Shown here: positions 14,624 through 25,585 of the stretch, in pieces
Layout: each line of letters begins with the position of its first letter
How positions within the stretch are numbered: position 1 is the first letter of the stretch
Source: the human T2T-CHM13v2.0 reference genome, Homo sapiens
Reading direction: 5' to 3' (one strand)
Assembly (NCBI RefSeq): GCF_009914755.1
Contig: NC_060930.1
DNA length: 64,000 nucleotides
Translations under genes and position numbers: made by a program
Notes under the pieces: model-generated
What the model was told of the DNA's origin: nothing
The model's input: only the letters and a program-made list of their open reading frames with translations
Database searches by the model: none

Positions 14624-14874
14624 CAAGAAGTGTGCAATCCATAGCTACATAAATTGAAATGAGATCTTTTAAGACATCATCCTCAGCTTATTGATGTTGT
14701 GGTTATATTAATAAGTTCGCTAATATTTCAAGGCTTTCAGTCCCTTTGGGTTTTCCTGTGTATGTCTCCAAGAGCTTGGCTAATGTGGCTTGTTCCTGAG
14801 AAATGAAGGCAGTCTTGGTTTTTGTAATCTTCCTTCTGGTTTCTGAGACCTTCTGAGTACCTCTCCCTCTTCCC
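14624..14874 (-). pseudogene. Pseudo-exon (GRGRGTQKVSETRRKITKTKTAFISQEQATLAKLLETYTGKPKGTESLEILANLLI*PQHQ*AEDDVLKDLISIYVAMDCTLL)
   Basis: tctttaag acceptor and consensus TTG|gtgagt donor; 251 nt; 56 stop-free codons, then two stops. Confidence 0.6.
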
Positions 14875-15050
14875 CTTAAAGATAACTAATCCCATTTAAG
14901 AAATCAATATGGGTGATGTGAGTCTAAGAGTGGTTAGGTTAAGGACATTAAAACCAGAGAAAACCCTTTCACTTTCCCGTAACACCCCCTATGTTAATTT
15001 AAAGTCAAAGTTAGGAAAGAGTCCAGAGTCATCTGGGCCGATCATCATAC

Positions 15051-15151
15051 TGTTGGTGCCCATGGGTCGCCTTAAAAGAAAACCCTTTGGTAGCATTTTC
15101 CAGTTTGTTTTTAAGGAAATGGGGCTTTGAAAATAGTGATTCCAGATACAT
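15051..15151 (-). pseudogene. Pseudo-exon (MYLESLFSKPHFLKNKLENATKGFSFKATHGHQ)
   Basis: ctcccacag acceptor and CA|gtatga donor; 101 nt, no stop, phase 0 to 2, joins the 14624-14874 exon in frame. Confidence 0.55.
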
Positions 15152-15194
15152 CTGTGGGAGCTTGTACACGGGTGGTGAGTGATGGGCTAGTGAT

Positions 15195-15440
15195 TATGAT
15201 AAAAGCTAATTTACTGAGTAAACTGTGATAGATACTTTTCAAAGCACTTTATATGCATTGACTCTTTAATCCTCATAACAACCTTATGAGGCAGGTACTA
15301 TTATAATCCTTATTTTACAGATGAGGAAAATGAGAGGTTAAGTAAATAGCCCAAGGTCAACAGTGAGTAAATGCAAGAGATGGAATTCAAACCATAGTAT
15401 CTGCTTTTCAGCACTTTACAGTGCTATTACTATGCCATGC
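15195..15440 (-). mobile_element. MIR
   Basis: tttaatcctcataacaaccttatgaggcaggtactattataatcc...ttttacagatgaggaaa. Confidence 0.8.
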
Positions 15441-15517
15441 TATGCTTTTCTAGAAGAAGACAGACTATTTTAGTTACTGGAAATAAGAATATTTTTCAGA
15501 GGTCTTATTTATGGTAC

Positions 15518-15729
15518 AGCTGTCTGTGTAAAACCTGACACCCAAGGACACTTTAAAGCTCTCTATGTGATTATCTGACATCAAAGCATTGTAACCCCAT
15601 AGGAACACTGAAAGTTGAGGAATTGCATTGAAAAATTAGAATCCGTATGCAACAATACGAAGGTTTTTACTTTATTAGAAGTAAATTGACTAGTGAGGAA
15701 TTCAGAATCGTCGTTCAACTGCTGACTTC
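15518..15729 (-). pseudogene. Pseudo-exon (GSQQLNDDSEFLTSQFTSNKVKTFVLL...)
   Basis: ttttcttggtttatag acceptor; about 48 open codons; locally retained CpGs; donor uncertain. Confidence 0.4.
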
Positions 15730-16825
15730 CTATAAACCAAGAAAACGTGATTTCTGAAACTGATAATAGCATGCAGAAGCAGTTAGAGAACTGAGGGCTA
15801 GATTGTAATGCCTTATGTTTTATTTTATTTAAGAAATGGTACCTTCTCCAGGAAAAAAAAAAATTCTGTAACTTAAGAAAATAAGTTTTTGAGCATAGAA
15901 GTCCAGTTGGTATATTTTGCTCAAATCCAGGAGAACTGTACTTATTCAACCATAAAATCATAAAGCAGAGAGTTCAACTGAAGATGTAGTCTCATGATAA
16001 ATAATTAGATTGTAAAGGAGAGAAAATGTAACCTGACAGCTGAAATTTTAAAACTTATTTTTTCCTTTATGGAGTTTTGCAATAGAGTTTTGGAAAAACT
16101 TGCAAGATATTTGGAGAAATATCAGGAATGATTTTAAATCATAGTTGTTAACAAATCCATGCGTCTTATTACCCAAACACATTCTGTGTTTTAATACCCA
16201 TAAAAGAGATGAGCTGCATATATAATAGTTAAAGCACTTTAATTGCTTAATGATTTTCTATCTCGGTATTTTTTTTTTGTCTTGACTTAAAAGGTTTTGT
16301 TTCTTGTCCTACCTAGATGGGTGATATCCATTTATGTAACCAAGCTGAAAATTTGAGCTGCTATTATGTTATGACCGTGACACACATTTGCTGAAAAATC
16401 AGATTTCTTGTGATTTGATTGATGCTAAAATCACAATTAAAATTTTCTGTTGTTTAATTATCTTGCTTTCTTATGTTTTGCTCTTTTCTTCTTATAATTG
16501 AACAGTTGCTTTGGAAATATCCAACTCAGATAAAAACTTAAAGTGGTAGAACTATATGAGGTGTGAAATAGAGTTGGACATTCTATGTGTCCAACACGTT
16601 GAGGGACTCAACTTTGAAATGTGAAAGTTTTGTTGCTCTTCACCTTGAAAAGTGAAAGACATAGGATTTTGTTCTGCTTCCACTTAGACAAGTATAATAT
16701 TTCCCGTTTTTGAGTCATTCCCATACCACTTTCACACATTTTTGCTGTCTACCACCTACACAATTACTTACTAGATATTTTAAAAATTGACTTATTTTTA
16801 TACTTAACCTTATCTTAAGCAACAG

Positions 16826-18245
16826 TGTGTCCGGAATTGGTGGGTTCTTGGCCTCACTGACTTCCAGAATGAAGCTGCAGACCCTCGCGGTGAGTGTTAC
16901 AACTCTTAAGGTGGCGCGTCTGTAGTTTGTTCCTTCTGATGTTCAGATGTGTTCGGAGTTTCTTCCTTCTGGTGGGTTTGTGGTCTCGCTGGCTTAGCAG
17001 TGAAGCTGCAGACCTTGGCGGTGAGTGTTACAGCTCTTAAGGCGGCGCCTCTGGAGTCATTCGTTCCTCCCGGTGGGCTCGTGGTCTCGCTGGCTTCAGG
17101 AGTGAAGCTGCGGACCTTCGCGGTGAGTGTTACAGCTCATAAAAGCAGTGTGGACCCAAAGAGTGTGCAGCAGCAAGATTTATTGCAAAGAGTGAAAGAA
17201 CAAAACTTCCGCAGTGTGGAAGGGGACCCAGCGGGTTGCCACTGCGGGCTGGGGCAGCCTGCTTTTATTCTCTTATCTGGCCCCACCCACATCCTGCTGA
17301 TTGGTAGAGCCCAGTGGTCTGTTTTGACAGGGCACTGATTGGTGCGTTTATAATCCCTGAGCTAGACACAAAGGTTCTCCACGTCCCCACCAGATTAGCT
17401 AGATACAAAGTGTTGACACAAAGGTTCTCCAAGGCCCCACCAGAGTAGCTAGATACAGAGTGTCCATTGGTGCATTCACAAACCCTGAGCTAGACACAGG
17501 GTGCTGATTAGTGTGTTTACAAACCTTGAGCTAGATACAGAGTGCCGATTGGTGTATTTACAATCCCTGAGCTAGACATAAAGGTTCTCCACATCCCCAC
17601 CAGACTCAGGAGCTCAGCTGGCTTCACCCAGTGGATCCTGCACCGGGGCTGCAGGTGGAGCTGCCTGCCAGTCCTGCCCCGTGCGCCCGCACTCGTCAGC
17701 CCTTGGTTGACTAGGCGCCCTGGAGCAGGGGGCGGTGCTGATCGGGGAGGCTCGGGGCGCACAGGAGCCCAAGGAGTGGGTGGGAGGCTCTGGCATGGAG
17801 GGCTGCAGGTCCCAAGCTCTGCCCCAGGGGAAGGCAGCTAAGGCCCAGGGAGAAATCGAGCGCAGCGCCGGTGGGGTGGCACTGCTGGGGGACCCAGTAC
17901 ACCCTCCGCAGCCGCTGGCCTGGGTGCTAAGCCCCTCATTGCCCAGGGCCGGCAGGGCCAGCCGGCTGCTCCGAGTGCGGGGCCCGCCAAGCCCAGGCCC
18001 ACCCGGAACTCCAGCTGGCCCGCAAGCGCGGCGCGCAGCCCCGGTTCCCGCTCGCGCCTCTCCTTCCACACCTCCCTGCAAGCTGAGGGAGCCGGCTCCG
18101 GCCTTGGCCAGCCCAGAAAGGGGCTCCCACAGTGCAGAGGTGGGCTGAAGGGCTCCTCAAGTGCCGCCAAATTGGGAGCCCAGGCAGAGGAGGCGCCTAG
18201 AGTGAGAGAGGGCTCTGAGGACTGCCAGCACGCTGTCACCTCTCA
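16826..18245 (-). mobile_element. Solo LTR12C (ERV9)
   Basis: Minus strand begins TGAGAGGTGACAGCGTGCTGGCAG and ends CCAATTCCGGACACA; 4-bp TSD acag; GC-rich U3, CCAAT/GATA tandem repeats, AATAAAAG TATA-like box. Confidence 0.95.
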
Positions 18246-18508
18246 ACAGTATTCATGAAATCATAGGTTTGATGTACTAGCTTTGTATATTGCTTTATAT
18301 ATTTGCATTACTTAGTAAGATAAGTACCAAAGTATTGAAATTTAAATTGCTGTATCCTGGTACCACCCAACATCTGTAGTGCCAACATTGGCAAAAAACT
18401 GTCCTGGTGTAACAATGGGGCATTTAAAGTATTTTAAATTTTTCTCTCTCTCCTCTTCTTTCTCTCCCTTTTAGAATGTGGAAATGGTGCAATAACTTGT
18501 AAAGTTAC

Positions 18509-18645
18509 CATTCAAGTGTTTCTCAATCTGTTTTTCTTCATATAGAAATTATGGCTATATTTCTGTCCAGCGCAAATCTCTGAGCCAACTTGGGCTTTTG
18601 GTTATTCTAGACAGGTTTTCCGTAACTCCACCACTTTCTCTCCTG
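18509..18645 (-). pseudogene. Pseudo-exon (GEKVVELRKTCLE*PKAQ...)
   Basis: tactttctttagcag NAGNAG acceptor and ATG|gtaact donor; resembles RGS22 GTLGERYWWLWMDIE; the R codon CGG is one change from TGG (W). Confidence 0.55.
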
Positions 18646-18739
18646 CTAAAGAAAGTATAATGGAATGCAAGTGAGCTAACCTTGATTTTCTGTATTTTTA
18701 AGAGTAAATCATTTACAAACTCAGTCCTTTAATTATGAC

Positions 18740-18808
18740 TAGTAAAAAACAATTTCCTTGCAACACGCCCCTCTACTGATTGCAACACCATGCTTGAGAG
18801 CCTCTGTT
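18740..18808 (-). pseudogene. Pseudo-exon (QRLSSMVLQSVEGRVARKLFFT)
   Basis: ttttaatttgtaag acceptor; open frame; RGS helix 2-3-like (S..G...F..F); weak donor gtcata. Confidence 0.5.
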
Positions 18809-19029
18809 CTTACAAATTAAAAGGCACTGCCAGAATTTTTGTTTTTGTTTTAAATTTGCATCAAGTAACAGTGTGCTTGGGATTATTTTTTTAAACTACA
18901 AAGGGTTGCTTTAATTCTGTTCATTTTAATTCTTTTTTACTTTCAAAAAAATTTTTTCACCTCATAATTTTAAAAAAAGTGCTATATTGAGAACTGTATG
19001 TAACTTGACTGATTATTTTGGCAATTATA

Positions 19030-19138
19030 GCATGACCAGCTCATCTCAGTTGGCCTGGGAAATTTTTACTTTTAGCACTGAAGTTCCATATCCTAGGAAA
19101 TCCTTCAGCTCTGGGCAAATGGGACAGTTGGTCACCCT
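19030..19138. mobile_element. MER94/MER81-like hAT remnant
   Basis: Terminal gggacagttggtcaccct. Confidence 0.55.
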
Positions 19139-20522
19139 GAAGCAGGTGGACATAAATTGAGAATGTATTTATGCAGAAATCTTGGACATCAATCTAATGT
19201 TCTCAGCTAAAAACGGAGAGATCTCTCCATTGCTCAACTTGCTGATTTTCTAGGTTGCCATTATAGTGAGCTATCAAAAACACACATCTTAATCATGCCA
19301 CTGCATTGCACAACATGGCTTCTCATCCATTTCTGGATTAAGCCCAAACTCTTGAAAGTGGCTCATCTGGCCTTATTTAATTTAGTCCAGTGGTTCTCAA
19401 ACTGTACTCTGGTAAGGACCAGCTAGATAATTTGTTAAAAAGGAAGATTCCTGTGCCCCTGGTTCAAAAGGAATGAATCTGGATAGTAGCTGAAAAACAT
19501 TTTTTTTTTTTTTGGTTTTGTTTTTTAACAACAACAACAAGAAGCTTACAGCGGGTCATTGTGTTTTAGGTGGTCTTTGAACAATGTTTTGAGAAAAAAC
19601 AACCTAGTTCCTTTTTTCTTTGATAGGTTTAATCTGTTGCACTCTCCCCTTACACTGTATTCTCTGGGTTTACTATAATTTCTTTAGGCTTTGTAGTGTT
19701 CCAGGCCCTTAACACACATGCCGGGCCTGCTCTCTGAATCTCTCTCCTACATTTGTGGGCTGATCAGATTTCTACCTAGAAACCCCCTTCTCAGTGAAGC
19801 CTTTGCTGAAGCCCCTGTTAGAATTTTCTCTCCCATTGCCTCCATCAGAACCCTCTCTCCTCCAGCCAGGTGCACATAGCATGACATTGTACTTGCCTAT
19901 TCCTTGTGTGTATCTCCCTTTAAACTAAAGTCCCCACAAACCTCTCATTTATCTTATTTATGATTGCCTCCCCAGTTTCCAGTTCATTGTTGAACACATG
20001 TTAAGAGGTTAAGATTGTTTACTGAAGAATTAAATTACTTTGTTAATGGAGAGATTGGTGTCACACAATGTCCTAGCTGGGCTGGAACGTAGACTTATAC
20101 ATCTGGTATTGGGTTACTCCCTTTCTGAGTCCTATTGATTATATTTATTGATATGTTTGGGTGCTTTTATTCTTGGGCTAAAGGAGTAAGTAGCAGGCAA
20201 TTTGATGATGGGGAAGAATGCAGGGCCACCTGAGAGGGAGGCAAGGGAAAGAAAATATAGAGGGTTAGAGAAATGGCATTTCATTCCTCCCCATCTGGAC
20301 ATGAGGGGCTGGTCTGGAGCATGGGAAGAGAAATGGGCAGTGGCAGCTCCATCCAGGTCACTGGCTCAAGGGGTAGATGTGAGACAGCTAGGGGGGCTTG
20401 GGAACAAGAAGCCACATACACCCACCCCCAACATACACAGATGCACACATACACATCACATACACATACCCATCCCCCTGCCGACACACACACACACACA
20501 CACGCACAGCTTCCCTGCCTAC

Positions 20523-21185
20523 CATCACCAAGGACACAACTCTTTCCCCAGAGTGCTCTGGGCAGCTACCATCAAGGGCTGGTAGTGCTTTCTCAGAGGC
20601 AAACAGCAGTACAATTATCCTGAGCACTGAGGAATCCCTGATCCCCCTGGAAATCCCATGATAAAAACAAAAGAGATTTGGTGATGGTATTGAAGGGAAA
20701 GTCACAAGCTGACATCTTGTATTAATAAATGCAGACTGAAAATTTTTGTAATTTGGATTTTGTGCAAACTGGACATTTGAATGTGAATGAGAATAAATCA
20801 AATGCAGCTTTTAGACAAAGCCCATCATGAAACATCAGCCTCAGATTGCCAAGACAAGACTTTCTCATCATAGTGGACTGTGAGGTCTATGAAATGGGCT
20901 GGCTGAATTTTAACATTTTATTGCTTTATGGACTTTTTATATGTCATTTAACATGAAAGACACCACTATTCTTAACAACTGGTGGTACTGTGGAGTATTT
21001 TTCCAGTCCTTGGGAAATTTCCACTGAGTCAATGTACAGCAGGCCTTGATATCAAATCTGTTTTTGAACAACTAGCATTGACCTTGCTGGTTGTGATACT
21101 AGTGATGAGCTGCCACATTAGATTGTGCTGAGCCCATATAGCAGCTTAGGGAGCGGGGAAGGGTGAACACACAGCTGATTTCTGC
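20523..21185 (-). pseudogene. Possible large linker pseudo-exon
   Basis: ctctctcag acceptor and ATG|gtaggc donor flank ~660 bp of non-repeat sequence; no diagnostic motif. Confidence 0.25.
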
Positions 21186-21273
21186 CTGAGAGAGTCTTAC
21201 AATTGTGTGGATGGTAACTGGACAAAGATTCAGTGGGAACTCTACACATTTACTCAGAATGATATTAACATCC

Positions 21274-21620
21274 TGTATTAGTTCGGTCTCACACTACCAT
21301 AAAGGACTGCCCAAGACTGGGCAATTTATAAAGGAAAGAGGTTTAATTGACTCACAGTTCTGCATGGCTGGGGAGGCCTCAGGGAACTTACAACCATGGC
21401 AGAAGGGGAAACAAACACATCCTTCTTCACATGCTGAGAAAAAGGGGGAAAAGCCCCTTATAAAACCATCAGATCTCGTGAGAACTCACTATCATGAGAA
21501 CAGCATGGGGGTAACCACCCCCATGATTCAATTACTTCCCACTGGGTCCCTCCCAGGACATGTGGGGATTATGGGAACTACAACTTGAGATTTGGGTGGG
21601 GACACAGCCAAACCATATCA
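21274..21620 (-). mobile_element. THE1 solo LTR (MaLR)
   Basis: tgtattagt...gacacagccaaaccatatca; 5-bp TSD catcc. Confidence 0.92.
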
Positions 21621-21651
21621 CATCCCCTGGTGAATGCTCCTATTATGCTAC

Positions 21652-21778
21652 TTGGCGGTATGCATATGTACTTCCTGAGCAGTTTCTTGAGCTAAGCACC
21701 TCACTTTGTACTGGCAACAAGAGGAGAATTTAGTATTTCTGTAGAGGTGCCTTGAAATATGCCTTAAATTTTGGAAGA
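21652..21778 (-). pseudogene. Pseudo-exon (LPKFKAYFKAPLQKY*ILLLLPVQSE)
   Basis: Strong T10-ag acceptor, phase 2 start; resembles RGS22 RLPAFLESDCYFEYRLAKLV (from memory); donor position uncertain. Confidence 0.55.
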
Positions 21779-21944
21779 CTAAAAAAAAAATACATAAATA
21801 ACTAGCCATGATGGACATTTCCTAATGAAATAAAACGTAGTAGTTTAAAATTCGGAGTTCCCTATTATTGGATGTTAGATCAACTTACATAATTTCCATA
21901 AAAAATTTTGGTGGGCTTGGTCTTTATATACAATTAGGCATTGA

Positions 21945-22349
21945 ACCTCCACCTTGTGCAGTTGAAAGTCCACATATAACTTTTGCATTCCCTGTAACTT
22001 AACTACTAATGGCCTACTGTTGACTAGAAGCCTATCAAAAGCATAAAGAGTTAATTAACACATATTTTGTATGTTGTATGTATTATATACTCTATTCTTA
22101 CAATAAAGGAAGTGGGAGAAAAGAACATGTTGTTAAGGAAATTATAAGGAATAGAAAACATAGTTAGGTTCATTAAGTGGAAGTGGATCATCATAAAGGT
22201 CTTCCCTCTTGTCATTACATTGAGTAGGCTGACAAGGAGGAGGATGAGAAGGGGCTGGCCTTGCTGTCTCAGGGATGGCAGAGGTGGGAGAAAATCTAAA
22301 TATAAGTGTACCCACACGGTTCAAATCCATGTTATTCAAAGATCAGCTG
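21945..22349. mobile_element. Tigger-family (MER7A/Tigger3a-like) DNA transposon remnant
   Basis: acttaactactaatggcctactgttgac...ttcattaagtggaagtggatcatcataaagg...gttattcaaagatcagctg. Confidence 0.75.
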
Positions 22350-23247
22350 CAATTGTAAACTGTTATTTTTATTGCTTTTCAAAATAGGAGAGTGTTATTT
22401 TGGAGGAAAAAATATCAATGTAATTAGAAAGGTGGAGAGACCAACTGGTGACCGAGTGATATATACATTTATTTTAAAGATCACACATTTAAAATTTTTT
22501 AAAAAGAGAAAGAGGGAGAGGAAAGTGTTAAGGCAAATTTACTGCAATTTCACAATGTTAATGCAAATTACATTGAATGTTTGAGAGATACCAGAAGTCT
22601 CCTAAATGTATAAGGCCAAGGAAAGCTTATGCTTGACTTTCAACTGGGGAGCAGGAAGAGATGCCAAGTGTGATGAATGGGAATTCCAGAAAACACAGAG
22701 AATTAGATGGCTTCAAATTCTGATTAGAAACTGGAGGGAGGATTGTGGCTGTCTGCATTTTAGCAGAAAAGGCAGCCACAAAATAAAGCAGTTCCTAAGA
22801 CCACAAAGTAGGTGAGTTATAGATGAGAGGAACAAGCTCACAGAAGACCCCTGGATGAGGGTGGTTATATATAAGTCATTCAGTGAAATGGAGAAGCAGT
22901 AGCTTCTGAGACAGGGCCAACTCACTGATTTCTGCTTCTAAACTAGCACACCCAACCATTACATAATCCAGTCCAATGGAAGAAAATACGTGTCTATTTC
23001 TAAGCTCAAGCCAAGAGTTGGGGTGCGTAGGCAGGATTTAGAGGCAAAAATGATATACCCCATTAAACCTTGAACATAGGAAAATAACTCTGAGAATTAA
23101 AATGTAAACACATTTCATGAATCCCATTAGAAATATGCAAATTTATACTACAGTGTAATTCTTAAAATGGTGGCAGTGGTGAGCTTTTTCCTAACCACTA
23201 CCATAATGGAATCATCTTGTTTTTTAACCACCCCACCACACCCCTAC

Positions 23248-23379
23248 CTAGATTCACTACTATCATTTACCCAAGTTATTGGTGGTAATGTGTCATTCTT
23301 TTCAGGTATGCTGGGGTGTGGGGAAAAACAAAACAAAACAAAATCCTGTGATTTCCCTTGTCTCCAAGTGACTGAATAT
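23248..23379 (-). pseudogene. Pseudo-exon (IFSHLETREITGF...[frameshift]...PITWVNDSSES)
   Basis: atctatag acceptor (alternative ttccag at 23392) and TCTAG|gtaggg donor, phase 2; fits the LP|xF and W-x(n)-R|LP layout of the RGS22/RGSL1 N-terminus. Confidence 0.5.
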
Positions 23380-23460
23380 CTATAGATTTGCCTGGAATAT
23401 GACAAAAGGTAATAGATATAAAGAAAGAATGTAATGGCAGTCTGCCATGGAAACTGACAC

Positions 23461-23550
23461 TGAAAAGGTTGAGGAACAGGGATAAGCAGCAGTACTCTTC
23501 ATCCATGCACTGTTCAGGGCCACCTGACCTACGACTGAGTTTCTTGCAGG
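23461..23550 (-). pseudogene. Pseudo-exon, first coding exon-like (..PEQCMDEEYCCLSLFLNL)
   Basis: Resembles RGSL1 LEDEVFADFFNTFLSLP and RGS22 ATDDFLVDYFNEFLSLP (from memory); degraded donor gtgtcagt follows; 5' end uncertain. Confidence 0.55.
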
Positions 23551-24282
23551 TTTAGCCCCATAAGCAGAGATGAAAGTATATAGCTCTCAGAGCTTAATGA
23601 CAGTCAGCCTAACTAAATCCTCTTGCTTTATGTGATTCCATGCTCAACAAATGATACCATTTCTTCAAGGAATACTTTTACTCCCAATGTGATATATCTA
23701 TGGGTGGACCATGCTCAGCACACACAGATAACCATTCCATTAGCATTTTGGGCCACATTTTAAATAAATGAATTGGCAATGTGGTTTTCTATATACATTA
23801 TTCTCTGTGAGCTTTATTAACATAAGTCCATCCTTGAAATGTGAATCATTTCTTTATGGGTTGACAAATTTAGTTTCTTTACCTTAAGGGCTAATGGTCA
23901 GACCCTTGACGAATTTCCAAGTTGATGTCAGCTTTGTGACTTTTGGCTGGGTGACTAGCCTTCCCTGGGACGTAGGGCTTGTAGCTTACCCTTATTCCAT
24001 GCCTTAATTTGTTGAGGGGCAAAAATTCCTTTTCTGGCATAAAGTTCTTAGGGGTTGTACGTAGAAATTTTATTTGTTAATAATACACCTGCTTGTAAGA
24101 TGTAAATGTATAGTTATATTCGACTTAGGGAAAAGGCTTACTAAATCTTCTCATTGGGGAAGGTGTAGTGGTAGTCAGCTTCCAGTGATTATCAGTGTTT
24201 ATACCCTTCTGTAGTCCCTTTCAAGTGAATGAGGGCTGGCTTGTGTGACAAATTATACATAGTGGAAATAGTAATGTGTAAC

Positions 24283-24718
24283 TACTATAGTTTTTTTGTC
24301 CTCATCAAAACTCATGTTGAAATTTGATTTTCAATGTGGCAGTGTTGGGAGGTGGGGCCTGGTGAGAGGTGTTTGAATCAAGGGGGTGGATTCCTCATCA
24401 ATGGCTTGGTGCTGTTCTCAAGGTAGTAAGTTCTTGATCTCGTGAGACTGCATTAGTTCTTACAGGAATGGATTAGTTCCTGAGACAGCAGATTGTTATA
24501 AAGCAAGGTTTGATCCCCTCTTCACACGTGCCTCCTTCCCCTTTGACCTCCTCCACCATGTTTTGACATAGCACAAAAGACCTCACCGGAAGCTAAGCAG
24601 ATGCTGGTGCCATGCTTCTTATAGAGCCTGCAGAACTGTGAAACAAATAAACTCATATTCTTTGTAAATTACTTGGCCTCGGGTATTCTGTTATAGCAAT
24701 ACTAAATGCAAGAAGACA
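24283..24718 (+). mobile_element. MST (MSTB-like) solo LTR nested in the MLT1 LTR
   Basis: aaaactcatgttgaaatt...ggtattctgttatagca; 5-bp TSD gtaac. Confidence 0.85.
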
Positions 24719-25550
24719 GTAACTTCCAAGACAAACTTATAAATTACACTGCAACTTCCACCTTGCTTTCTTAGATTACTCAGTCTGGGAAGAGCCAGCA
24801 CCATATTTTGAAGCAGTCTTGTGTAGAGGCTCACATGGAGAAGAACGTACTTGCCAGCCATATGTTTGAGCTACCTTAGAAATAGACTCTGTAGCCCTGG
24901 TCAAGCTTTCAGGTTCCTATAACCCTAGCCAACGCCTGATTACAACCTTATGGATGCCCCTGAGTAGGGGCTACCTAATTGAGCTACTCTGGAATTCATG
25001 ACTTACAGAAACCATGAGAGTTGATAAATAATTATTGTTTTAAGCCTCTAAGTTTCGGGTGATTTGTTATGCAGCAATAGATAACTAATATAGAATTTGG
25101 TACCTGTAAATTGGGGTGATGCTGTAACAAAAATAGAGAGCCCAGAGGGAGGAGCCAACAATCATGGGAAATCATTTTCAGGCAGAAGTAGGACTGAGCC
25201 CTAATCAAGAAGTTGGCAACATGTGCCCATCTATTATTTCAGAACTGCTATGGATCAATGACTTCTGTGTGTTTCCTGTTTCACCCTGTTTAAATGAGAG
25301 TGTCTATAGTGGTTATCCTATGCCCATCCCACCATTTCATATTTGGTGTGTTTGGGGCAGATAATGTGTCTCTTTATTTCATAAGTTTTTAGATTAAGAG
25401 GAACCATACTTGAGATTTATTTGAAGAACGGCACACCTGACGATCCTCATCTGTACCTGGACCTCATCTAAACATCAATATCCTGGACTTTGAGCATGAG
25501 TTAATGCTGTAATGGGGTTAGAATTTTGGTGGCCTTGGTCTGGGGTAAGT

Positions 25551-25551
<1 letters not shown>

Positions 25552-25583
<32 letters not shown>
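25552..25583. repeat. (TG)n microsatellite
   Basis: Read directly from the sequence. Confidence 0.95.

Positions 25584-25585
<2 letters not shown>

Noticed and set aside
16093-16536. Further candidate pseudo-exons (16093-16199 and 16386-16536; also ~14108-14234, ~11891-12084 and 10806-10870)
   Set aside because: Position and text fit the pseudogene, but splice sites are damaged or stops are too many to list them as separate features
17290-17590. Regularly spaced ~40-bp repeats resembling a CRISPR-like array
   Set aside because: Known LTR12 U3 enhancer repeats (CCAAT/GATA) in eukaryotic DNA; no unique spacers
16949-18239. Cluster of long overlapping ORFs and a CpG-island-like region (also 45404-46805)
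   Set aside because: GC-rich LTR12C U3 sequence; stop-poor by composition
20202-20661. Overlapping ORFs with HTHT/CVCV runs
   Set aside because: Produced by (CA)n low-complexity sequence
22606-22815. 69-aa plus-strand ORF ending near an ag|gtgagt donor
   Set aside because: No recognisable homology and no partner exons
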